Below are positions 1-12,893 of a DNA stretch of 64,000 nt, in pieces (the first letter of the stretch is position 1; each line of letters starts with the position of its first letter). The stretch covers positions 14,074,001 through 14,138,000 of the forward strand of contig OX597841.1 in the NCBI GenBank assembly GCA_951406725.2. The letters run 5' to 3'. The position numbers were made by a program, and so were the translations under genes. The stretch is from Octopus vulgaris. Its lineage: Eukaryota. The notes beneath the pieces are model-generated. The model searched no databases. It was not told where the DNA came from and saw nothing but the letters and a program-made list of their open reading frames with translations.

Positions 1-172
1 ATCGACCCCAGTGCTCAACTGGTATTTAATTCATTGACTCCCAAAAAAGATGAAAGGCAAAGTCAACCTCGGTGAAATTTGAATTCTGTACGTAAAGACA
101 GATGAAATACTGCTAAGCATTTTGGCCAGCATTCTAATGATTCTGTCGGCTCCATGCCTTAATAACAACAAC

Positions 173-226
<54 letters not shown>

Positions 227-354
227 CATAATAGTGCAACAAGAATTTTAATGTAATTTTTTATAACGTTTGGTAACTGGATTGGTGGAAAAAAAGGCAA
301 GAATATATTTTATATACATTTTATGGTAAATCACATTCCCCTAAAAGTAGGGGA

Positions 355-405
<51 letters not shown>

Positions 406-492
406 ACATGCGCACATGTATACACAAATATATATATACAGATGTATGTACATGTATATAAGTATACGTGTATATACATACACACACACACA

Positions 493-543
<51 letters not shown>

Positions 544-562
544 CGTGTGTGTGTATATATAT

Positions 563-627
<65 letters not shown>

Positions 628-1580
628 TTAGATATATTATAATATATTTATATATATATACACACGTGTATTTATATATACATACGTATATATATATATG
701 TGTATATGTATATATATATGTATATATTGTGTATATATTGTGTGTGTGCGTATGTATATACACGTATACTTATATACATGTACATACATCTGTATATATA
801 TATTTGCGTATACATGTGCGCATGTTGATATATATATATATACATATATATATAAGGATATATATATATTTATATATATATATGTTTATATGTGTTGGTG
901 TTTGTGTATGTGTGTGTGTACGTATATATATATACATATATGTATGTACTTATATAAACACACACACAAACACATACATCAATGATCTTCCACATATGCC
1001 AACCCCCTTCTATTTTTCACAACTGAAATTTACTATAAATGATAAACCATGCCCATCCCTACCCACCCACCCTCTCCCCATACCACACATCCCCCCCACC
1101 ACCATCACCAACCCATTCATAAAAACACCAAATGTGGTATAGTAAAAAAAACAAAAAAAACAACCACCGTTCTCCTCTTTCTTTCCCCTTCATTTCCAGC
1201 GCTAAAAAAGCATTCCAGATATGGCGAAATGTCAGAGAAACTGGCGGGTTGGGGGTGTGGTGAAATAAGAGTGCAGGAAGGATTGTTGTGTCAGTGGATG
1301 GAATATAAGGGTGTCGGGTATGATGGGCCACAGAGGTAGTGAGAATAATATCAAGTGGTGATGGTGGTGGTGATGGTGGTGATGATGGTGGTGATGGTGG
1401 TGGTGATGATGGTGGTGGTGATGATGGTGGTGGTGGTGGTGGTGATGGTTATGCTAGAATTTCTTTTGGTGGAAAGAACTCCAAAACACATAATCAAGTA
1501 ATTGTTTGTTTTTTTTTTGAATAACCATATTTTAAAAGGTATAAGAAATACATACATACATACATATATACAAATATATT

Positions 1581-1643
<63 letters not shown>

Positions 1644-1781
1644 CGGAGATGTACTTGCATAGCAAGTGATTTGATCTGAGATCGTGTGCTGGAACGAAAA
1701 CAATTGCAGCGTGGAAGGTGTTTATAAGCCATTTAAGAAACACACAAAGCCTGTTAGATTCTCTTTAACATTTAAATTTAA

Positions 1782-1832
1782 TTTGCCAAAATATTTTCGT
1801 CCCTTTGAGACCGCGACCTCTTCACTGACAAA
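1782..1832 (-). ncRNA. Putative hammerhead, inverted partner (core GUGAAGA, probably degraded)
   Basis: TTTGTCA-GTGAAGA-G-GTCGC ggtctcaaa GGGAC-GAAA-ATAT-TT-TGGCAAA. Confidence 0.45.
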
Positions 1833-1852
1833 AAGTCTGTGCAGCACGGATT

Positions 1853-1903
1853 TTTGTCAGTGAACAGGTTGCGGTCTCAAAGGGACGAAAATATTTTGAC
1901 AAA
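1853..1903 (+). ncRNA. Putative type I hammerhead ribozyme, variant core GUGAACA (G3-C8)
   Basis: TTTGTCA-GTGAACA-G-GTTGC ggtctcaaa GGGAC-GAAA-ATAT-TT-TGACAAA: 7-bp stem I, stem II, palindromic AATATT stem III. Confidence 0.6.
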
Positions 1904-2484
1904 TTAAATTTAAATGTTGAAGTGAATCTGAACAGGCTTTGTGTGTTTCTTGAATGGCTTATAAACACCTTCCACGCTGCAATTGTTTATATATATATAT
2001 ATATATATATACATACATACATACATACATACATATACATACATACATATATATACATACAGATATACATATACCAGCATGAAATGAATACATACATTCA
2101 TTTCATGTTGCTCCAGTCCACTCAGCTGGCAAAAATGAGTGACCCTGCAATAGACTAGTGTCTTGTCCAGGGGAAGCATACACACACTGGAAAAAACGGG
2201 AAACCAGCCCTAGGCTCCTTACAGAATAATTTGTACTAACCATGTTTGTGTGTGTGTTTATTTACTGATACGGTTGTACATAGGGTAAATGTGTTAGGAA
2301 GTTGTGGTTTCTCTGGTATGTTTGTTCCAAAACAATACTTATTCTATGTGTGTGTGTATATATGTATATACATATCTATATACATACACATATATATATG
2401 TTTATATATATATATATATATACACACATATATATATATACGTGTGTGTGTATATGTCTATGTATGTATGTATGTATGTGTATG

Positions 2485-2546
<62 letters not shown>

Positions 2547-2930
2547 CATACATACATACATACATAGATGTATATACAGATTTTAATTATTTCAAGGCCT
2601 CTTCAAGTTGCGAAACCCTAAGCTGTGGCTAGTTTAGAGGGAGGTGTTAGGGTTAACGGTGGGGGGCAGTTGCGGTGGGTGTGGTGGCGGTGGGTGTGTA
2701 TAACATGTAGGACTAGAAAGAGTAGACTCAAGTCGAGTGTGAGTGCAAGTGGAGGTGACATTCGATGAGCACTCAGTCGCAGAGAGCCGAGTGGCAGCAT
2801 AGTAGTAGTGGTGGTGGTGGTGGGTGGTGGTGTTGGAGAGATAGAGTGATAAGACAGCATGGTGTATGGTGTTGATGTTGGTAGTAGCGGAACGAAGGAT
2901 TTTTCTGTTCTGTCCCTGTTAGGGAACATA

Positions 2931-3539
2931 CGAGGTGCATTCCAGAAGTTTTGAGACTCTCCTTTTAGAAGCTGTTCTGACTGTCCTAAGTTATTGTAAT
3001 TTTAGTTATTGCAAATTTAGTATGTCCTCTAATAAGTTGACTTGCCAACCTTTTGTTTTTCCAGACCAAAGGAGACAACTGTATTGGCCCTTTGAACATA
3101 CCTTACTCAACACGGCTGACTACGCGATACATTCCAGAAGTTTTGAGACTTGCCTTTTAGTTCTATCTGCCCTACAATATTGTCCTTTTATTGTTATCAT
3201 TATTAATAAGCTGACCTGCCAACCTTTTGTTCATCTAAATTGAAGGGGACAGCTGTATCAGCCCTAAGCGCTCCCTGTCACAGCTGACCAGTTTGGTAAC
3301 CAACTCCTTGACAGAGAAAAAAACCGTCCTTCACTCTTCCTAAAGTCCAGACTTTGTTCCATATAACTTTTGGTTGTTCCAGGCATTTTGAAGCGATGAA
3401 GAAGATGAAAAAGAATACTTTCACTTTCACTTTGGAGGGCTTCTATGAAGCCGTCACGAAGGAGATTAGAAATTTGTATTTGTAAGAAATTAATGGATGT
3501 CTCTCTGGAAAAAGTCTCAAACTTCTGGAATGCACCTCG
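2931..3539. mobile_element. Mariner-type non-autonomous element (MITE) with duplicated left end, just downstream of the CPT1 stop
   Basis: ta|CGAGGTGCATTCCAGAAGTTTTGAGACT ... AGTCTCAAACTTCTGGAATGCACCTCG TIRs; third TIR copy at ~3123. Confidence 0.75.
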
Positions 3540-3692
3540 CATGTTGGTTTATGGGTAAACGTGAGTGGCTGACCAATGTAGGTGACCTCCACCACCACAC
3601 GGCCACCAAGCCAGCACACCATTAAGAATCTATGGTCAACACCAACACCAACACAACCAAATGCTCCTCTTCTTCCTCCTCCTCCTCCAGGG

Positions 3693-3881
3693 TTACGGAT
3701 CAAATAGTTTCTTCATGTCATCCATGCTCTGGAACAAGAGATCCATGAATTTCGACGAATCTGTTTCTTTGGCAGATCGCTTGGAAGATATGTGGAAAAA
3801 GATCTTCCTGTTGCCAGCTACCATGTAAGAAATGCCGTAACCATCGTCAGATACGGGCCCAAATCCTCCTCCTGGGCCAAG
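3693..3881 (-). CDS. CPT1: CPT1 last coding exon: [19 protein letters not shown]...MKKLFDP*
   Basis: ttgcag acceptor; TAA at 3693-3695; GGGFGPV.DDGYG.SY motif. Confidence 0.96.
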   Translation of the reverse strand, partial: LGPGGGFGPVSDDGYGISYMVAGNRKIFFHISSKRSAKETDSSKFMDLLFQSMDDMKKLFDP

Positions 3882-6800
3882 CTGCAACGAGAGGGAAAAA
3901 AAAGGAGTTAGTTCAACATATGCAGGAGTGGCTGTGTGGTAAGTAGCTTGCTTACCAACTACATGGTTCCGGGTTCAGTCCCACTGCGTGGCATCTTGGG
4001 CAAGTGTCTTCTACTATAGCCCTGGGCCGACCAATGCCTTGTGAGTGGATTTGGTAGACGGAAACTGAAAGAAGCCTGTCATATATATGTATATATATAT
4101 ATATAAGTGTGTGTGTATGTGTTTGTGTGTCTGTGTTTGTCCCCCTAGCATTGCTTGACAATCGATGCTGGTGTGTTTACGTCCCGTTACTTAGCGGTTC
4201 GGCAAAAGAGACCAATAGAATAAGTACTGGGCTTACAAAGAATAAGTCCCGGGGTCAATTTGCTCGACTAAAGGCGGTGCTCCAGCATGGCCGCAGTCAA
4301 ATGACTGAAACAAGTAAAAGAGTAAAGAGTAAAGCGTGTGTTCCTGTATATCCAACATCTACACACTGCATCTATCTGTTCTTTTCTTTTTTTTTTATTT
4401 GTTTCATTCGTTTTGACTGCGACCATGCTGGAGCACTGCCTTAAAGGGTTTTAGTCAAAGAAATCGACCCCAGGACTTATTCATTGTAAGTGTAGTACCT
4501 ATTCTATTGGTCTCTTTTGCTGAACCGCTAAATTACACTCATGCAAACACAGCACCAGCAGTTTTCAAGCAATGGTGGGGGGACAAAATCAGACACAAAG
4601 ACACACACACATATATATATATATATACGATGGGCTTCTTTCAGTTTCCGTCTACCAGATATACCCACAAGGTTTTGGTTGGCCAGAGGCTATAGTAGAA
4701 GACATTTAACCAAGGTGCCATGCAGTGGGTCTGAACCCAGAACCATGTGATTGGGAAGCAAGCTACTTACCACACAGCCACACCTGTGTCTAGTCAATAT
4801 CCATACACTATGTCTTAGTCCATCCATCTGCCCATCTGTCCATCTACATCCCACCTTGCTCTATCCAGTCAGCACCTACACACAGCCTCCCTCTCTCCAT
4901 CCATCCATACACCCAGCCAGCCAGCCATTCATCCACCCATCCATCCGTTCATGCATTTGTCCATCCATCCATCCATCCATCCACCTGTCTGTCCATCCAT
5001 CCGTTCGTCCCTCCATCTGTCCATCCCTCTTTTCATCACTCTGTCCATCCCTCTTTTCATCACTCCATCCATCCGTTTGTCCATCCATCCATCTGTCCAT
5101 CTATCCATCCATCTATCTGTCCATACGTCCATCTGTCTGTCTGTCCGTCCATCTGTCTGTCCGTCCATCCATCTATCTGTCCATCTGTCTGTCCGTCCCT
5201 CTTTTTATCTCTCCATCCATTCATTCATCCATCTGTCCGTCCGTTTGTCTATCCATCCATCCATCTGTCGTATGTCCATCCGTACATCCATCCATCCATC
5301 CATCTAACCATCTGTCTATCTGTCTGTCTGTCCATTCGTCTGTCCATCCATCCATCCATCCATCCATCCATCCATTCCTCTCTCTCTCCATCCGTCTGTC
5401 CATCCATCCATCCATCCACCCAACCATTCAGTCTGTGTGTCCAGTTAACATCTACCCACAGTTTCAATCAACCAAGTCAATCTGGCCACAGACTCCTCAA
5501 CCCATCCATTCGCCTTCCTCCCTCCCTCCCTGTATCTGTTCAATCACGGTTTTCACAGCTGGATGTCCTTCCTAACACCAACCATGCCACAGAGGGGACT
5601 GAATGCTTTTAGGAGAGGTCAGTTTTGGCATGGCTTTTAGAGCTGGATGCCCTTCCAAATGCCAACCACTTCACAGTGTGGACTGGATGCTTTTATCTAA
5701 AGCAAAATTTTTTCATGAATCCTTAAAATATGCTGTGGATCCCTAACTTACTATTTTGCTAGTGTGGACCCCAGAATCTTCTACCGACCCATTGATCTAA
5801 CCCAACATGCTCTACGTGTACTCTCTGTGTCCCTGTATCCTTCATCATCATCATTGTTCGACCGTTGTCGAGACAATGGAATTTACTATGTTACACCAGA
5901 CTTCACGGTCCATCATGGCATTACGGAGGTCCTGTTGCTGGATGCCTGTATCCCTGGAGATTACATCAGGGTAGGAGAGTGTGCGCCCTCTGGTATTGCG
6001 AGTAGATGCCTTCCAGAGGAGAAGAGTAGAAATTACCTCGTTTTCAGCTCTACAACAATGTCCAGCAAACTGGACTCTCCTACCTTTCACAAGAGATGAC
6101 ACAGGTGGTAGTTTCCCATATATTTGCATTTTGGTTGGATGGCACTTCCACGAGAGATTTTGAGCTCTCATCAGGAGGTGAGTGTAGGTTCCATCCAACT
6201 GCCTCTCAAGCTTCTTTGATAACGTCCATAACATGCATAAGATCTGGTCATCAAATCTAAGTAGAGACTTCAAACTCGAAATATTCAAAGCCACAGTCGA
6301 ACCAATTCTACTATATGGCTCAGAAACCTGTATCCTTACCATTGAATCAAACTGGGGTAAGTCACACTGGGGGGAAGACGCAATCTGCTGCTGTGGTTGT
6401 TGACTTGTCGATAAGGTCCACGGCATCAGGAGGGCGTCTTTTAAGAAGTCACAATCCTACAAGAAACAAAAAACAACAAACATTAATTTCTTTTTTTGTT
6501 GTGATGCCAATCAGTCTGAGGTAAATTCTGGTTTTGTGGCACAAAGCGTCTTAGAAAATGACTATTTTTAAATCTCACAACGAGAGATATTCAGCAACAG
6601 TATTTTGGAGTAAAGATTGTTTGCCAACATAACATAACATGGCAGTCCTGGTTTAGGACGAATGTTGCTGTAATTTAGCCCCAGGAGACATACACATATG
6701 TATGCTTATATATATATATACATATATACATATATACATGTACATACACAGACATACATATATATATATATATATATACATACACACACATATGTACGTA

Positions 6801-9800
6801 TGCATATGTATATATATATATATATATTTATATGTGTGTGTATGTATGTATGTGTGTGTGTGTGTATATATATATACACACATATATATATATATATGTG
6901 TGTGTGTATATGTCTATGGAAATGAAGGGAAAAGAAAGAGGAGAACGGCTATATGAACGGCTGGCTATATGACACGATCTGTGTCCTTATATTTTCAAAC
7001 AAGGGAATCTAGTAACCCCTACTCAGCTCAAAACAATATCTGTGTATCATGATTTCTGGGTTATTTCCCTTCATCAGCACAGCATAATTGCTCAGCTAGA
7101 GGTGGCACTGCCAAATTCTCATTCGAAATATATAGTTTTCAAAGTGACAACTAGTCACTGATTTATAAATTAGAAAATTACTATTTTTAAATGTCACGAC
7201 CTGAGATATTCAGCAACAGTACTTTGTAGTAAAGATTGTTTGCTAACAGAACATGGCAGTCCTGGTTTAGGACGAATGTTGCTGTAATTTAGCCCCAGGA
7301 GACATCGTCTCCAGCTGGCTACATGACACGATCTGCGAAGAGAAATAACCCAGAAATCGCGATACAAAGATATTGTTTTGAGCTGAGTGGGGGTGCTAGA
7401 TTCCCTTGTTTGAAAATATAAGGACACAGATTGTGTCGTATAGCCAACTGGAGACAATGTCTCCTGGGGCTAAATTACAGCAACATTCGTCCTAAACCAG
7501 GACTGCCATATTATGCTGGCAAACAATCTTTACTACACAAAACTTATTTCAAAAGAAAGACGAAAATTAGAGACACTGTTAATTTCTGTCTATAAAATTT
7601 TTGTTTAGGGGAGAAAAGAAATAGGGAATTAGGAGTCAAATTGAGAAATAGGGGTTAATTGGAACCAGGGATTAAGTAAGAAAATAGGGGTTAAATATTG
7701 AAATAGGAGTCAATGATGATAATGATAGTAATGATGATGGTGGTGGCGGTAGTGACAGCAGTGATAGTGATGGTGATGGTGGTGGTGGTGGTGGTGAGGG
7801 TTGTCGTGGTGGTGGTTTTAGGGGTTGTGGTGGTAGCGGTTGTGGTGGTGGTGGTAGGGGTTGTGGTGGTGGTGGTGGTGGTAGTGGTGGTGAAGGTTGT
7901 GGTGGTGGTGGTGGTAGGGGTTGTGGTGGTGGTGGTGAGGGTTGTGGTGATGGTGGTAGGGGGTGGTGGTGGTGGTGGTGGTGAGGGTTGTGGTAGTGGT
8001 GGTGGTAGGGGTTGTGGTGGTGGTGGTGGTGAGGGTTGTGGTGGTGGGGGTTGGGGTGGTGGTGGTGGTGGTGGTGGTGAGGGTTGTGGTGGTGATGGTT
8101 GTAGTGGTGGTGGTAGGAGTTGTGGTGGTGGTAATGGTGGTGGTGGTGGTGGTGGTGGTGGCAGTGATAATGATGATGATGATGACGATGGTGGTGGTGG
8201 TGGTGGTGGAGAGGGTTGTGGTGGTGGTGGTAGGGGTTGTGGTGGTAGGGGTTGTGGTGGTAGCGATTGTGGTGGTGGTGGTAGTGATAATGATGATGAT
8301 GATGGTGAAGATCGATGCAAGGAATCAAAATAAAAAAAATAAAAAAAGGAGCCCCTATCAAAGAGATCTGTACTTACATAACCCATTCCTTTACTAAGGA
8401 CATAGAGTCCGAACAGGTGCCGGTCCACGCCCTTGCCATTCATGGCGTCTCGGTAGAGGCCTTGGTGAATGGCGCAGGACTTCTGCAAGAGGGAGATCTT
8501 CTCTTCCTTTGTCACATTATTGTCGTGCATTGCCCTGTCCAAGTACAGAGTGAAATAGGGGTCAAATATTGAAATGGGGGTGAGTAGGAAGGAAAATAGG
8601 GGTTAAACTGGAAAACAGAAGTAAAGTTAAGAATTAGGGGTCAAACATTGTAATGAGTGGTCAAATGGGGAAATAGGGAGCAAATATTGAAACAGGGGTT
8701 AGATAGGGATCAAATAGAGAAATAGGGGCTACTTAGGAAAATAGGGGTTATATTGGAAAACAGAAGTAAAGTTAAGAAATAGGGGTCAAACATTGTAATG
8801 GGTGGTCAAATGGGGAAATAGGGAGCAAATATTGAAACAGGGATTAAATAGGGATCAAATAGAGAAATAGGGGCTATGTAGGAAAATAGGGGTTATATTG
8901 GAAAACAGAAGTTGGGAAATAGGGATGAAATAGAGAAATAGGGGCTAAGTAGGAAAATAGGGGTTATATTGGAAAACAGAAGTAAAGTTGGGAAATAGGG
9001 ATCAAATATAGAAATAGGAGCTAAGTAGGAAAATAGGGGTTATATTGGAAAACAGAAGTCAATTTGGAAAATAGGGATGAAATAGAGAAATAGGGGCTAA
9101 GTAGGAAAATAGGGGTTATATTGGAAAACAGAAGTAAAGTTGGGAAATAGGGGTCAAATATTGTAATGGGAGTCAAGTGGGGAAATAGGGAGCAAATATT
9201 GAAATAGAGGTTAGATAGGAAAATAGGAGATAAATTGGAAAACAGGAGTTAAAGAGGGAACCAAGGGTTAAGTTGGGAACCAAAGGTCAAATAGAGGAAT
9301 AGGAGTGAAACAGGGAAATAGGAGTCATCTAGAGAAATAAGGGTTAATTGGAACCAGGGATTAATTAAGAAATTAGGGGTCAAAAATTGAAATAAGTATT
9401 GTATAGCAAACTAGGGGTTAAATGGGGAAATAAGGGTTAAACTTGGAAATAAAGGTGAAGTAGGGAACCAGGAAAGAAGTAGGGAACTGAGGGTTAAATA
9501 AGGAAATAGGGCTCAAATAGGGAAATAGGGGTTAAACCAGGAAATGAGTGTTTAATGGAATCTGCGATACATTATGTTTGAATAAAGACAGGATGGTCAT
9601 GACTGGAGCACCTTTGATCATAGATCTACTGGATCAGGACTGACCTGGGGTTAAACAACAATAACAATAAGGAAGGACACATTAGATAATGTAGTCTTAG
9701 ATACACTATGTCTAGAAAGAACTAAAAAAGCTAAAAGGGTGATGGTCAAGGCTGGAATATCTTTCGTTTGCTCAATCAAAGCTACCATTGGAGGGGGGCG

Positions 9801-12417
9801 ATGGGGGAGGGGGGACAGCAACCGGCAGGACCACGACTAAAGCTACCGAGGACATTCCTGTCACCATTATTACCACAGGTAACACCACTACCAACACCGC
9901 CACCACCACCACCACCACCACTGCCAATGCCACCACCACCACCACCACCAATGCCACCACTATCACCACTACCACCATCATCACCACTATAGCCACCACC
10001 ACCTCCACTACCACAGCCACCACCACCGTCACCACCACCACTACCACCACACCATCACCGCCACCACCACTACCACCAATGCCACTACTATAACCACTAT
10101 CACCACCACAACCATAACTACCACAGCACCATCACCACCACTACTCCCAAAACACCACCACTACTACCAACACCACCACCATCACCACTATCACCAGCAA
10201 CACCATCACCACCATCACCACCCTCACCACCACCCACCACAACCACCACTAGCACCAGCACCACCACCACTACTATTAACACAATACCACCACCACCAAC
10301 AACAACAACAACACCACCACCCTCACCACCACCCACCACCACCATCAACAACAACATCTGAAACTTAAAAAGATATGAGAGAGAAACTAACGAGCAATAA
10401 TAAATTTGTAATTAGTGGTCAATTAAATCTCACCTGACAAACCTGGCCAGTTCCGAAGTGAGTGACCGCACCGTCTCTGTCCGTCCGAGCAGGTATAAAC
10501 GTGTCATCGATGACTCATAAGTCAGGGCCAACTTGCCGTAGTATGTGTAGTAAGTGAGTTGAAGGGCCGACTGGATGAATGCGTCGGGGCTGACCTGCAA
10601 GCGGAAACAACAGAAGGGGCAATTAATAACAGGGCTTGACCCTGCTGTGGGGAGGAAAGAGTGTTGGGTACCCAGGAGATGAAAATCAGGGTGCAATCCG
10701 GATGCTTTGAGGCAATTTTTTGGGACAGACAGTTGCCACTGTAAGAAAAGAAGAAGAAGCACTCCGTCGGTTGCGACGACGAGGGTTCCGGTTGATCCGA
10801 ATCAACGGAACAGCCTGCTCGTGAAATTAACGTGTAAGTGGCTGAGCACTCCACAGACACGTGTACCCTTAATGTAGTTCCCGGGGATATTCAGCGTGAC
10901 ACAGAGAGTGACAAGGCCGGCCCTTTGAAATACAGGTACAACAGAAGCAGGAAGTAAGAGTGAGAGAAAGTTGTAGTAAAAGAGTACAGCAGGGATCACC
11001 ACCATCCCCTGCTGGAGCACTCCGTCGGTTACGACGATGAGGGTCCCAGCTGATCCGAATCAACGGAACAGCCTACTCGTGAAATTAACGTGTAAGTGGC
11101 TGAGCACTCCACAGACATGTGTACCCTTAACGTAGTTCTTGGGGATATTCAGCGTGACACAGAGAGTGACAAGGCCGGCCCTTTGAAATACAGGTACAAC
11201 AGAAGCAGGAAGTAAGAGTGAGAGAAAGTTGTAGTGAAAGAGTACAGCAGGGATCAACACTTTTAGGTGTTTTCGCTCAATAAACTGTAAGACGGTGAGC
11301 TGGCAGAAACGTTAGCAGGCAGGGCGAAATGCTTAGCGGTATTTTGTCTGTCGTTACGTTCTGAGTTCAAATTCTGACAAGGTTGACTTTGCCATTCATC
11401 CTTTCGGGGTCGATAAATTAATACCAGTTGCGTACTGAGGTCGATCTAACTGATGAGCTCCCTTCCCCAAAAACTTTGGGCCTTGTGCCTAGAGTAGAAA
11501 TGAATATTCAATAGGGCTCAAGGCAGGGAGCTGGCAGAAATGTTAGCATGCTGAACGAAATGTTTACTGGTATTTTGTCGGTCTTTACATTCTGAGTTCA
11601 AATCCCGCTGAGGTCGACGTTGCCATTCATCCTTTCAGGGTTGATAAATTAAGTACCAGTTACGCACTGGGGTCGATGTTTTTACGGCTGAATGCCCTTC
11701 CAAATGCCAACCACCACACAGAATAAACTGAGTGCTTTTTACGTGGCACCAGCTCAGGTGGGGTCAGTTTTAGCATGGCTTTTACAGCCGGATGCCCTTC
11801 CTAACACCAACCACTTCACAGCGTGGACTGGATGCTGTTTTATGTGGCACCAGCACCAGCAGGGTCACCAAGTAACTTGCAGGACAAGGAAGTATGGAAG
11901 GGGAGAGAGTATTGGAAGTGGGGGGTGATCTTGTGCCAGATGATGAAAGGTTAGAGTGTGACAGAGGGACAGAGAGGCAGAAGCAGGTGTCTTGCTATGG
12001 AAGAGGTGCAATAAATACATCTAAATATAATAAAGAGATCCTTAATTTTACTTTACCTTTGCAGTTTTGATGAAACCCTTTCCGAAGGCATTATGGACCC
12101 GAACACACAGATCAATGTTTTCAAGGTTCTGAAAGAAAGACAGTAAAAAATAAAAGAACAAAATTGACTGGGAATTGTAATGTTATTGTTTCTCATTAAG
12201 GTAGCGAGCTGGCAGACTCGTTAGTACGCAGGCAAAATGCTTGATAGCATTTCGTTTGACATCATGTTTTGAGTTCAAAATCTGCCAAGGTCGACTTTGC
12301 CTTTCATCAGTTCAGGGTCAACAGATTAAGTGCCAGTTCCTCAATGGGGGTCGATGTAATTCACCAGCCCCTTCTCCAAAATTTTCGGGCCTTGAGCCTA
12401 TAGTACAAAGGATTATT

Positions 12418-12476
<59 letters not shown>

Positions 12477-12862
12477 AATAATTATAAGAAAACCATCCGA
12501 ACGGGCACATAAGAAAACCATCCGAACGTGACCGTAGCCAGTACCGCAACGACTGGCCTCCGTGCTGAGGGCACGTAACAAACACCATCCGAGCGTGGCC
12601 GTCCGCCAGCCTCGTCTGGCACCTGTGTCGGTGACACATAAGAAAACACCATCCGAGCGTGGCCGTTCGCCAGCCTCGTCTGGCACCTGTGTCGGTGGCA
12701 CATAAAATCACCCACTACACTCTCGGAGTGGTTGGCGTTAGGAAGGGCATCCAGCTGTAGAAACATTGCCAGATCAGACTGGAGCCTGGTGCAGCCTTCT
12801 GGCTTCCCAGATCCCCAGTCGAACCGTCCAACCCATGCTAGCATGGAGAACGGACGTTAAAC

Positions 12863-12893
<31 letters not shown>

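Larger units (their letters stand above)
1642..1988. mobile_element. Fold-back element between (TA)n runs, with back-to-back hammerhead-like motifs (Penelope-like/retrozyme-like, non-autonomous)
   Basis: 1698-~1840 is inverted at ~1845-1988; a second, uninverted copy of the left arm lies at ~37843-38048, also directly after (TA)n. Confidence 0.7.

Noticed and set aside
321-2632. YI/CV/HT-rich ORFs (also 37438-38600, 47264-47713, 51811-53121)
   Set aside because: Translations of (TA)n/(CA)n microsatellites.
5851-6426. 191-aa ORF as a CPT1-LINE fusion protein
   Set aside because: Read-through across a strong GT donor at 6339 into the LINE fragment; normal splicing restores the CPT1 frame.
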